A program made the translations under genes and the position numbers. Shown piece by piece: positions 38,951-51,770 of a DNA stretch of 64,000 bases; the first letter of the stretch is position 1, and each line of letters opens with the position of its first letter. The stretch is from Cycas panzhihuaensis (lineage: Eukaryota; Plantae; Cycadophyta): NCBI GenBank assembly GCA_023213395.1, contig CM041465.1:141677741-141741740 (forward strand), written 5' to 3'. Under the pieces are notes generated by a model. The model made no database searches. It was not told the origin of the DNA and worked only from the letters and a program-made list of their open reading frames with translations.

Positions 38951-41200
38951 GGATAGCCTCTAATCTTCAACGTTTCATCTTTCTTTGGTTAGGAAAACTG
39001 ACAACGGAACCAAGATGTGTGTGCCTCGCTTCATATTTCCTAACATACAGAATTCATAGTGAAAGAGAGACACAGAATTGGTGAGACCAACAATAACTAA
39101 CTTTATTCATGGCAGAAAGGGCACTGCGCCTAGTCCTCTCACAACCAGACGCATGCCTGAGCAATTACAACTAGAGGACAACCCACCCAATGTGTGGGTT
39201 CCAGCCAGATCAACCAGACGCATACACACACGATTGATATCTCCCTCATGTCTATTCTATTTCTTTATATGTAGTTAACACATGGTTACATAATTGTTTT
39301 TTCAATTTTGTCCTATCTTAACTAATCTGCCCATTGCCCATCTCTGCCCGAACTGCCCACGGTCAGCCCAAGTTGCACTCAGGTCCGCTGGTTGCACTCC
39401 CGGTAGTCCTTAGTTGTAGTTGCAGTCCTCGCAGTTGTAGCTGCAGTCTTCACTGTTGCAGTCACAGACCTTCACTGTTGTACCACGACCCTCACATTGC
39501 AGTGAGAGAGCTTCATCAGATCGTAGTAGCAGCAAACCTTGTTGTAGCAATTGTAGTAGCAGTAGACCTTGCTATTACAGCCGCACCTCAAAATGGTTGT
39601 TAGGCCGCACACAAAGAGGTAATCACTCTCTCCTAGAAGGAGCAACTTTTCTTTTATAAGTGATATAAATTAATTACCTTTAAGTGGATAACCGGTTATT
39701 TGTTTGAAGATCCATGTCTCAAGGATGCAATTATCAAAGTCTTGTAGTTTACACAAGACATGCCAACATTTCTACTACCAAGTGGAGCTAATGCCAACCC
39801 ATCATAGTGGTGTTGTAATACTCATATGAGTTCTCCCTCAATGGTACCGCAAGCCAAGAGGAGCAATAGGAGTATACTTGAGTACACAAGCATCCATTTG
39901 TTGGAAATATCCACCAAGTGATTTTTTCATTCCATCCCATTTTGACTTCTTTAAACATTACCATGCATAAAGTTATAACCATCTCAAATCCATTTAGGTA
40001 GGAGATCACGTGCACTAAGTGTGCGGATGAGTTACTCCTTCATTTGCCTCTTTGAGAGGTTCTCTTCAAGCAACAGATGTCAAAGGGCAATTTATCCATT
40101 AAATATTAGTAAGGCTCCTTAAGAGGTTCCCCCCAAACAATGAATGTGAGAGGGCCAACAATTTGGTTCAATGAACTCTCCTCAAGGGACACATGAAAGA
40201 GGGTAATTAGTTCTCCTTGACACATGAAGGTAATCATGGGATGGTTGGGTAGTACAAGCCATAGTTTCAATTTCTTTTGATTTGTGGGTTTACTTTGTGA
40301 CTAAGGATTTCACTATAATATTTGCATCCACATTCTATTATCAAATGTGATCAAACACACCATGGCATAAATCCAATTTGCAAGTCAAAGGAAACATAGA
40401 AGCCCTTTTCAAGGTCATTGTTTGACTTGCAATCCCACAAAACTATACATCATGCATATCCATGTTCATTCTTCTAACTAGACTAAGACAATAATCGATT
40501 TTTGATCATGCAATATGCATTTAAGACTTGTACATAATTGCTTTTGAATGTCTTAATTATCCCCATTCAATAGTCAACGACATTTCATCATGCATAGTAA
40601 GTCTTCCTTTCAATAGATGCATGAAATTGTACTTTTTGTTCATGAACTGTCATATGTAAACAGAATTTAATCTCTAAATACATTATTAATGTTGGAGATC
40701 ATTAAAGATAAGAATTGAATTTTGTTTTTCATATGCCAATCATGCACCCATCTCTTTTTGCATGGTAAATGCATAAAAGAGCTTAATATGTAAGCACAGA
40801 GTTTTGACTTTTTAAATTTTATTCCACCTATCCAGTGTACTTTCCTCTTATTAATTGATTCATTAATTGAAACATTATCAAAGAGAATATTTTCGTGTAA
40901 TCAAAATGCATATGTTACGTCCATAAGTATTTCAGAATTTAGATTTTCCATTTACTTCTTATTTTAGGAAATAAATTCCTGAATACGTATGGGGACTAAT
41001 TGTGTCTTACCTGAGCTTGTATGGCCCACACACTCCAAATCCATACAATTTTGAGTTGGAGGGCCATGTAGCCATATAATATGGTTGGTTTCTCTACTTT
41101 TAAAAATTTCAGAGTACTGAGTGTGTTACTAAGATCATACAGCCCTAATAAATATTTGGCGGCCCTATCAAGTCCATACCACCATATGACTATTCATACA

Positions 41201-44200
41201 TGTTGCATGCCTAATGTATTAATGTGAAGTCGGCTCCAAATAGACATGTAAAATCAATTTTAAGAAAAAGAAGAAATCTATTTTTCAGAGGGAGAATAAA
41301 TAAGCCCCAACCTATGATTATAAATACTGGAGCACTATTTATTTGTAAATCACTTTTGGAATATTATTTATTTAATCTAAGATGGTGATGTAAAACCATC
41401 CTGGGCACTATTATACTCTACAAGGATCCCTTTTGTCTAAAAAAGGGCAGTTATTCGAAAACTTCATCTGATATTTTATCATTTACTATTGTAAATCTGA
41501 TATTATTTTATATTTTGAACTATTATTTTTATAAGCATATCTTATATTTCTGAGTTTGTACCAAAATTTTGTCATTATCTAAGTGAACTTATATTATTTT
41601 ATATTCTGAGCTATTTTTTTTACATGCACACCTTATATTTATGAATTTGTACTGAATTTCTGTCATGGTTTCTAGATTTTGTACCGAATTTCCATATGAG
41701 AATGTGCAAATGACCTGCAAAAGAGTTACAATTGGCACCGAGACAACCAGCAGTACGACCGAACACTCACCCTAATGAAATGTTGGTCGGTCCATAGACC
41801 ATCAGAAATTACACAGAGCCAAGCTTTGGCATACGGTCGGCGGTTCTAAAGAACGCATTCGGATAGGCTAACAAATAGACAGTAATTAATATTACCGTCG
41901 TAATCTTAAAAAGGCTTTTATCGTGGCGTACGTAGGCAAAGACAAGATGCGTTCTAGATGCAGGAGACATTCGCGATGACCCAAGAAGTTTAGATAAGAA
42001 CCGAGAGGGCCGGGAGAGTGAGAGTGGTCGCCTTTAGAAGTAGCATATGGGAAGCCTTGAAACTAGTGCAGGACTGATGACCGAATGGGACTGCATTTAG
42101 TTCGCATTCCGTGGAACGATCCACGGTAGGAGCGTTCATAATCTAACACAATGGCAAGTTTGAAGCGTCAGCGCTAGATCAAGGAGTTTCGTTTGATGAT
42201 CGCCAAAAAGCCAAAGACGTTTGTCATTATTGAGACATAGACGTAATCACTGTGATAAAAAGGCCCAAGCAAAAGCAACCTGTTGACATTCAAAAATCGT
42301 AGATAGAAAAATTGTTCCACGCAAACCCTTAAAGGGGCGAAAATTATTGATTGAGGGAGATGATTTCTTTTTCAATGTTGGCATGTACTAAAGTCAGATT
42401 GTATAACCGTTGAAATTCCCTAGTTCTCCTTCTTACTGTTACCCAATGATTACATGGGAAGTGCATAAAATCAGGTGTTCAAGTCTTAAGGGGTTACAGC
42501 TCTTTGTTTTTTTTTTTTTCAATTTGAACTTTTTATATAGAGGAAGGTGTAACTCTTGTCATAAGTGTCGAAAAGTGATTTCATCTAAAGTGGTGGACTT
42601 CAACTCGGAGAGCTTTGTAACGAGGCATATTACATGGCCATTTTTAAGTAACATTTGAAAGAGACATTGCTATCTTAAGTATATGAAGAGTTTTAGGGAT
42701 TAACAATCAATGTAGTTTGAGTCATTGGCTATGGATCATAATAGATAGTTGGTCTTAGAAATATTTGAGAATTTTAAAAATTACATGCAAAAATAGAGCA
42801 TAAAATGGAGACTATTTATTGAATAAGGACTGAGAAAGATAAATTTAAAATGAACTAATGGGAGATAGGGAACAAGAAAAACTTAATTGCGAGGGAGTCA
42901 AAGCTAAAGAAGAAATTGTCGAACACTATGATTCGGATGATGAACAATCCATGCAAGAGAAGAATAAACCAATTGATGAGCAAACAAAAGAAGATCCAAT
43001 GCAGATAGAAGAATATGAGCAATGGTATAAAGAAGAACTTGAGCAGCAAAAGGAAGAGTCCAAGCAACCAAGCAAATCCAACAAGGCAATCAACATGGTT
43101 CCTAATCCTATTTTACACATCTTTCGGTAGCTTTATTGTTCCTCTTACTTTAAAAAGTCTTCCATCCCATAACCCAAAATATCCCATAGCTAAATTTCCT
43201 AATTCCAAATTCTTTGTAGGAGAAATCTCAATCCCACTTCTGTCCCATCATCCAAGTCCGAATTTCCAACTAGTTTCATCCCTCGAATCTTCTTGTACAT
43301 TCATCCTAGAACCATCATAAAAAACCCTATGCTATAACGGGCATATAGAACTAATCTCGAATTCATCTCCTATTAAATCGTTATCTCTTAAAATCTTTTA
43401 TTGTCCAACCAATCCCTTACTCATTATAACCCCTAGCATTGTGTGTATCCTATACCAGATCAAATTCTCATTGGTGCACACCTCTCAACTTCCAATGTCC
43501 CTCACCCCCACTAATACAAAATGCTTGTTGATCACCTTGTCAAACCCCATTACTCGCCCTCATCTATTTGGGCCAAGTCTTTCCAAATTCAAAACCCTGC
43601 GAACAAAATGGGCAACCAAAAAATAAGTTTTCAGCCATGCGCCATCAACATTACACAAGTCCCAAGATCATTCTTATACTAGATGAGATATAAAATTCAG
43701 TTAGTACTAAATGCAAATAATGACATGTATAGGTCACATATTGATTATCCTCAGAAGATGGCATAAGGGTTGACCAAAATATTACAACATATGGGCCCTA
43801 ACAGAACATAGATTGAAGACTAAGTGGAATGTGGCTCCAAATAGTTCCTCATGTAGCATTATACTTCATGGGCGAAGTATCTTAAGGTAGGGGAGAGTTG
43901 TTATATGCCTAATGTATTAATGTGAAGTCATCTCTAAATAGGAATATGAAGTCAATTTTAAGAGAGAAAATAGGAAGTCAATGTTTTAGAGAGAAAATAA
44001 ATAGGCCCCAACCTATAGCTATAAATACAAAAGCACTATTCATTTGTAAATCACTTTTGAAATATTATTTATTTAATTAGGGATGATGGCCTAAGGTCAT
44101 TGTGGCATTGTTTTGCCTTGGGAGGATCCCCTCACCTTGAGGAGGGAAATTATTCTGAGACTTCATTTGATATTTAATCATTTACCATTGTAAATTTGAT

Positions 44201-44296
44201 ATTATTTTAGATTCTAAGCTATTATTTTTACATGCACACTTGATATTTCTAAGTTCATGCCAAATTTTTGTCATTATCTAAGTGGGCTATGCCACA
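41201..44296 (+). mobile_element. Element F: old non-autonomous LTR element (3.1 kb)
   Basis: LTRs 41201 to about 41596 (plus a local duplication) and 43898-44296, clearly homologous but diverged. TSD ATACA (41196-41200, 44297-44301), PPT aggggagag before 43898. No RT or INT core. Confidence 0.75.
41730..42345 (-). promoter_or_regulatory. CpG-rich island; candidate promoter and first non-coding exon of the DUF1350 gene
   Basis: Roughly 35 CpG in about 600 bp against a depleted background. Site-II aggccca (42261), telobox-like aaaccct (42323), pyrimidine patch on the minus strand near 42003-42024, donor GG|GTGAGT at 41770. Confidence 0.45.
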
Positions 44297-45868
44297 ATAC
44301 AATCCCGTTGATAGTCATATGACTGCAATAGAGCCATATTATACCTGGATAAATGACAGAATATGACTCATGCAATTCTTCAACAAAAATTAAAGATTCT
44401 TCATCTATTATTCATTTATGAAATTGCTAAGTTGACCCTTCTTGTGTAGATTCTAACTCCTCCTTCCATGAATGTAGTAAAAAAATTTTTGGAGAGGCTA
44501 TCATTGATGGCTTGTCTCTATTCCTTACTCCTTACTCTAGCAAACTCTACTTGCCTAGGTGATGACATCCTCCTTTGCTTCACTTACTACATGTTTATAA
44601 GGAAGAAAGTCTTGAAAAAGACTTGTCTTAGACAAGCGGTGAATGAGTCTTCTTTAAGAAGTTTGTCATTTGGAAGACAGATGAAAAGCCACCTCTTGTG
44701 TACAACATTTAATAGTTGACTTCTTGCTTAAGTTATCTTGAGGTCCTCTTAATAACTATGCACTCCTCTTTGAGTCTTAACTTTAGGAGTTTTAACCTTA
44801 ATCACTATCTTCTAATAAAATAATGCCATTACTAATGATATTAATTCCCATGTTCTAACTTATGGAAGGGTTTAAATCACTGAGGGTTAATTTCCCTCTT
44901 GTGACAATTAAACCATGAATCCATATTTGATTTCCTATTTGTAATAGGTAGTGATTCTAGATAGGGTTGGTATGAAAAAGGACCAAGCCCAAAGGATGAG
45001 ATGAAAAAGAATCGCACTTCTTGTATAAAGGGCAAAACCATGTTTCGTTCATTATCATGATAGTGTGAAAAAGTATTGAGCCTTATTGGAAACAATATGA
45101 AAAGGACCATGCTTCATATGGATTATGTGTTGGTCTAATAAAGGATCAAACCTAAGGGATCGTACAAAAAGGATTAGGTGTGAAAAAGGGAGTCCTTAAC
45201 ACTGCTTATATGGCAACATTGTAGACTGTCACCCTATTGAGATAGGGATATTGCATGGTGTTCACTACAATATGAAAAAGGGGCCAAACCAATTGAGCTA
45301 GGGGCAATATGCATGCAAGTCCTATTTGTGGGGTTCCCATTCAAGAAGTTGTGTTCTCATGCCATGAGTCATGTAGCTAGTAATTGCTTCCTATTCTAAA
45401 GTCTTCCACTAAGAACCTGCATAAATATAATCTAACACTAACTTTGAATTGTAATGAGATGCGAGTTAGCGATCTTATAGGTATAGGAAGCAAATGTGTT
45501 ATAGTGGTGTCAAGATTTTTGGAGGGGTAAGAGGGGTGGTTGTATAAACATCTTAACCAAGGAAATTGAGATATCTCCATTGCATTAGGAAATCATATGA
45601 AAGCAATTGTAACATTAAAAACCTCCATTACAAAACCCTTGAGGGTAAACCAAGAAATGGAATGCACACATTGTAAAATTTCATTCTCTCTTGCCAATGA
45701 TTGAATTATTACACTAACTAGGATGGAAAGGATAGCCTATAAATGGTGGAAAACATTCTTTAAACAGTAGAAATGTTAAAAAATAATGGAGCAAAAAATA
45801 GATGTAATGGTTAGCCCCATAGAAATTGTCAAAAGCTATCCTTCCTTAACCATATTTATCATTATTAA

Positions 45869-48800
45869 TGGGGTGATGCCCACAAAAAATGACAGAGCAT
45901 ATAATTGTTATATCATAAAGAATTTAGAATTGAGCACCTCATCCATCAATAACTTCAAATATTCACAATAAATTAGAATATTGGCAGATAATAGATCTAC
46001 ACAAAATAATATCAAATTTACAACAATGTAATATTAAATTATAACAATGAAATAAACCATAATATCATATGAGATTACAATACTACAATGGCCTCTTCAA
46101 GGTGAGGGTTTCCTCCTAAATGGCACAATAGTGCCCTAATGGCTTTAGACCATTAGTTTAGGTCAAATAATAAATTCTTCAAGACTGATTTATAAATGAA
46201 TAATGCTTTCTATTTATAACCTTACTTTTCTCTCTCTAAAACTGACTTCTTATTCTCTCTCCTAAAAATACCAACATCAAATTGGTAAATCTTCCATATT
46301 CTCCTAAAACCAATATTTCATAAATTAGGAATGCAACAACCCCCATCCCCTTCAAATACTTCACCCTCAAAGTATAGGTAGTCACTAGTGGTGTTGCTTC
46401 GGCCATGCCTTTGGCATGTTCTTCAATCCATTGTATGCTAAGTCTTGTATGTCATAAAAATTTGGTCTAATCTTGTGCCTTCTATCACAAACACTTAACT
46501 TGCAACCTAAATCTGTAGATTCTTGTGTTTGGGACATGTCACATGTGGTATCCTATCTTGTATGGAAGCGATTGTAGGACTTATGTGATGACGATGGCAC
46601 TTGGCCAAAATTCTATTTTGTGGTTGCACATTTTGCCCTCAAATGATATCATTTGAGGGATTAAAGGTGTTGATAAAGCTGAGGAGATTGTATAGAAAAG
46701 TAATAACATGAATTTGGGAGATCAATAAAAAATTGGTCATAAGGGTTGTATAGCGAGAATTGTGTAATACAAGAAAAAAATGGGTGAATTAGGGGTCAAT
46801 GAGGTGGTGAAGAATAAATTTGTATGTGTGAGAACCCCAGACAAAAGAGGTATATAGTAAGAGATATATGGGGTTTGGAGATTGATTCGATAAGGGGTTA
46901 TGATAATCGATGGGTTGGTTAGACAACTAGAGGTCTTAGGGAAAAAAGATGGATGCAAGATTTGTGATAGATGCTCTTTATGAGAGGGGTTTTAATAGAG
47001 GTTTAACGATTGGGAAAGGACTAGATGAAGGAATTAACGGAAAGAAAAGTATTGGTTGTAAGGTAACTTGGGAAAGGAGGGTGAGGGTAGCAAGGGTCTG
47101 TCAGAAAGCTGAAGAAGTGTTGTCCTAGGAATTTGATGAAGAGGAATCGAGATTTTCTCTACAAGGAATTGGGAATCAGGAATTTTAGGTATGGGGTAAT
47201 CTTGGTCATGAGATGGAAGAATTTCTAACGCAATGTTATGAGTGAATTTAAGGGAAACAACAAAACTGTCGAAGCAAATGGACACGTGCAACACAAGATT
47301 AAGAACCATGTCAAATACCTTATTGGATTTGCTTGATTACATGGACACTTCCTTGGGTTGTTCAGGTTCTTCTTCATAACATGGGATGGGTTCTCCTTGC
47401 TGTGGTAAATCTTGTTCTTCTTCATAGCACTGGATGGCTAAATCTTGCTTGGATTCTTCTTCAAGGTGCTTAATCTTCACTCCCATCTGTTTGGTGCCTT
47501 CAGTCATGTTGGGTTCTTGTACTTGAGTTGATTCTTCTTCATATCCTTGCACCACTTTTGGAATTTTTTTATGAAGGGTCTATTCTTCCTCTTCTTCTGT
47601 CAGTTTATCTACCTACTCTAATTCTTTGGCATCTTCACATTACTCGTACATTGGTTGACGTTGGTGTGCTTCCTCTTCTTGAGCTTTGTCTTCCTTGTGA
47701 TATGTTTCTTCTCGATGCCTGTCTTCTACACCCTTTTAAGCTAGATTATTTCATATTCTTTTGTCTTGCTCCTATTGATGAGTTGCTAAAACCAAAAACC
47801 AATCGTTGAGTATTCTTGGCTTGCCAAACCAATGAAGAAACCAATTAAGAGCTTTTCCTTCCAAAGACAAACCATATTTGGTCCATACTCTTCAATATCT
47901 GTACTCCCCATATAGCCACTTAGTATTCCAATCGTTTATAGCCATTCATGCACGTCTATGTCTCCGTTCAAATTGAAAACATAAATTCCGATCATCTCTA
48001 GCTATTTTTTTAGATTTGTGTTTCATTAGGAACAAAAAATTCTAAAAACATTTTGTTTCTTTTCTTCTCAATAGAATCGCAACTTTGTAGTTAAAATCTA
48101 CATCAAACCCAATTTGATCAATACCTTGTAGTTAATCAAATCAAATGTCTCTAAACCAAGATTCTAACAGTTCAGATAAAACTAGAATCTAACAACTGTA
48201 ACAAGAATTATGGACAAAAATATCTAAATACCTTCTTTGAAAAACAAAACTTGAAAAAAAAAAGAAGATTTAAACCCTTTTGGCACTTTGGCCCTTGCTA
48301 GTTAAGGTCACCATATGACCATTCACTAGCATAAGGGGCTAACCACCAAAACTCAAAAAAGCTTGCAATCTAACTAGATTTTTGAAACCATATTAAAAAA
48401 TATAACCCTATCTCTAGAAATTTTTATGTCATCTGTCTAAATTTTTCTGAATTATAAGATATTGTGCATACGTAAAAATTTTAAGTCGTTTGAATTTTTT
48501 TGCGTGGGTATCGACGGTTGTTGTGTCTGCGAATGGTAAGGGCTTCCCCATATGGGTGCTCTTACTCCCAACGACTCACTCCTCAATCGATCATGCATCG
48601 ATGATGCACACTAATAGGCAAGCAACATTCTCCCTTCGTCTTTGGTCGATTTATTATTGCACTTCCACGATATTCTTCGTATGATTATGTGTTGCACTTT
48701 CTTGTCGTTCATCCGTCCCTGCACTTCGTTCGATTCTGCGCTGCTCTTTCTCGCCATTTGTTCATCTCCATACTTCACTCGACCCTTGCTCGGTGATCCA

Positions 48801-49575
48801 CAAAGCACCGTTACAATGAATCTACAATAATCCACGTGTTAGCTCTTAGGTATCATCTGTTACCACTTGGCGAACGACTGACTCTACGATATCTCATGAC
48901 AGATGCCTGGTGTGACTTCGCAGTATCTCACGAACAATTGCCTGTTGATTGTTGCTTTGGGGCTTTGTAATCTGGGATCTAGGAACCTGTAACCACAAAA
49001 CATGAAATGGAGAACTACCTTGCAGGGTTCCTACCGGTCTTCTCATGACAAGTGACAGTAGCAACATCCTCCAAAACCCAATGATGATAAGATCCACAAG
49101 ATAATGATTGTGTTAAACGGTTGATGATGTGAGCCATATGGACGTTCGCTAATCTAAATACTTTTATGACAAAATAATAACATTTATAGCATAAAATATT
49201 CAATATTAATATCTTATAATACATTACAACATATATTCACAATAATTTAGGCATAATCGCAGATCATAGAATATTATTAGATTTGTAATAGAAAATAATA
49301 TAATAATTCAATGAAATATCAACAATAAAATGGCCTTCTATCAAGTGAGATTTTTTTTCCAAATGGCACGTGTTTTAATGGGTCCAGGCCATTAGTCCAT
49401 ATCAAAATATCAATTCTCCAAGATTAATTTACAAATGAATAATGCTTCCTATTTATAGTCCTATATTTCTCTCTTTAAAACCAATTTATTCTCTCTCCTA
49501 AAAATATTGACTTCACATTAGCAAATCTTCTTTATTCTCTTAAAAGCTAACTTCTTATAAATTAAGAATGCAACA
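45869..49575 (-). mobile_element. Element G: old non-autonomous LTR element (3.7 kb), same family as F
   Basis: LTRs 45869-46338 and about 49140-49575, both ending atgcaaca. TSD ATTAA, PPT complement acccccatcccc at 46339. Interior homologous to F. Confidence 0.75.
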
Positions 49576-51770
49576 ATTAAATCAAAGGATTACTGTTTTA
49601 AATTCAAAGGGAGAAAAAATGACTTATGGATTCATTCGAAATGAAGAGTCACCATGTGATACAACTTACCATGAAGCATTCCCATGTACATTACGCCTAA
49701 CCCAACACTAAAATTCTATTTATGCATGCCCTCCCTTTGTGATGCCCCTCCCATGGTGGCGCTCCCACACACCAAGTATAGGAATAGTGTCTGGGTCTCA
49801 TTTTTGGGCACAAATACAATCTCAACGCATGGTCATTGTTCTCCTTAAATGCCCTGGAATCATACAATGCCATTTTTCCACACATGGATTTTTCTTCTAA
49901 CAAATAGAAGCATACCTTATTCATCCAGTAGTTCTTTCTTCCAACGTTGAAAGGACTTCAAGCGCTAAATGGAGGTTCCAACATGTTCTGACACATGGAA
50001 GACACTTTTGTTATGTGATTTTGTCCAAGGTAACTTATGGATAATATTACTATTTATAACACCTTCTAGGTGGATAACTAGTTATCTTGTGTAAAGACCC
50101 ATGCTTCAAGGGTGTCTTACACTCCTCAAACCTATTCAATTGACTGTGGGTTCACCAATGTGAACTACCCATCTTCACCAAACTACTTATCATGAGAGTT
50201 AAGCCATTTAGTTATTGGTCACATTGGTCTTTAATTATATCAAGATCAACATACTCATTCATTTCCAAGAGGATTAACCCATCTCATGGGGACAAATGCT
50301 CACTAGGCCACTTAGTGACACATACTTGAGGGCTACTTCTTCCAAGCACCCACTACCCTTAATCTTCATATGCAACTTGGAGTAGTTGGATCCATTTCAT
50401 GGTTTTATGCTTGTAAGTTTAGGTTTTGTATTTATTTTTGTGCTGATGTGTTATTGTGTTACAACACATCCCCATTCCAATTCCATGGAAATACATATAA
50501 TTGCAAGTACAAAAAAACATTCATACCAATTACTTGCATTCTCGCATTCAAATCAAGCCATAGTAAAATATATGTGATTTGCAACTTTATCACAACATAT
50601 TTGTCAACTACTTCCATTCAAAAACAATCCACAGTATTTGCATGATGACAAGTAAAATTAAAATCAACATCATAACATGCATCATTCTAAATTATAGCAT
50701 AAATTAAACATCTAAGGAAACAAATTTCTACTTAGCCATTGTTACATCCGTATCAAACATGTCATTGTTGGGGTATATTTTGGCACATAGGCTATGAGGA
50801 AAACGAAATGTAGGGTTGTATTGACCAGTGGAATGTAGGTACAGACCGTACGGAGGTATGCATGGTGAAAAAAGGTGGAAAACAAGCATTATGGATACGT
50901 ATAACAGGTGTGTACCATAACAAGTACGCAACACAGAGTGCATACCATTTTTGGTACGCTAGCAGATAGTAGGGTACGCACGACCATACCTGACCCAAAG
51001 GCACCCAAGGATGATGACATCAGCCTAGAAGGACTTACGTATGAACAAAAAGGCACCATTAAAGAAGAAACTAATCATGTGTTAAGTGAAAGGTCACATT
51101 GTGATTGAAAAGGTACGGTTATGATAGGGAGTCATAACCCTTCATCAAAAGGTACTAAAAGGGCACATTTAAAGAGACCATTTAGGACCATTCCAACAGT
51201 GAGAGCCAATCATTCATTCCACATGGTGGTATGGTAGCCAACAAGCCAAATTAATGGTATGGATCGGAGTTACAACAGATGCATTCCGTGATGCATTCCC
51301 TTTTAAAATGGATATGGCAGAATTCTATGTATATGGCTAGAATGTATAGAGGATACATTCCAGAACTAATTGTATAAGACCTATTGCTTAATAAAGAGAA
51401 GAGTTACGTGGAAATTTGTGTTTTAGGTGTACTATGATGCTGGTATGATGAATACTTGTTGATTATTGTATTGTTGTGTATAATCTGTGATGATATTGTG
51501 TGGAATTATGAGTGAATATATGATAACCTTGTGTGTATGAAGCATGTTGACTGTATCCTAAACTAGATTACTAAGTGATCCCTTGACAAGTGTACCTATT
51601 TCAATAGGGAGATCATGTAAAAGTCAATATTGATTCCGTTGCCTACGTCCACTAAGGAGGGACTAGGGCCAGGAGTTTCATAAGGGGAAAATGTTTAAAG
51701 GAAAGAGGACCTTGGCTGTCGTCATGATGGCGGGCTGTAACTAAGCCTTTGATAGCCAAGGGGCCTTTCA

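Larger units (their letters stand above)
31196..39613 (-). mobile_element. Element D: non-autonomous, non-chromovirus Gypsy (gag-PR-INT C-terminus plus extra 3' ORF; no RT/RH)
   Basis: LTRs 31196-31796 and 39016-39613 (TGTGTG...CACACA), perfect TSD AAGAG, PBS tggttccgttgtc (minus strand, 39000-39012), PPT-like tract after 31796. Confidence 0.93.
29517..41130 (+). mobile_element. Probable old solo LTR of about 3.2 kb (Tekay-like ends), split by element D
   Basis: Starts TGTAACAGCCC and ends gagtgtgttact. Non-coding, internal GAGGTAAGT near 30158. Flanks match only 3 of 5 (cagac/aagat). Confidence 0.45.

Noticed and set aside
38462-39084. Hydrophobic plus-strand ORFs as an env-like membrane protein
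   Set aside because: They are the antisense shadow of the purine-rich K/E/R-coding gag N-terminus and run into the LTR.
42060-42105. CTGATGA within a stem, suggesting a hammerhead ribozyme (retrozyme) or a C/D snoRNA
   Set aside because: No GAAA core after a stem II, no suitably placed D box, and it is not within an LTR.
44302-45868. Possible further old LTR spanning 44302-45868, 49581-50765 and 59575-60060
   Set aside because: Repeat-like, with a box similar to 39680-39730 at about 50068, but no matching termini or TSD could be established.
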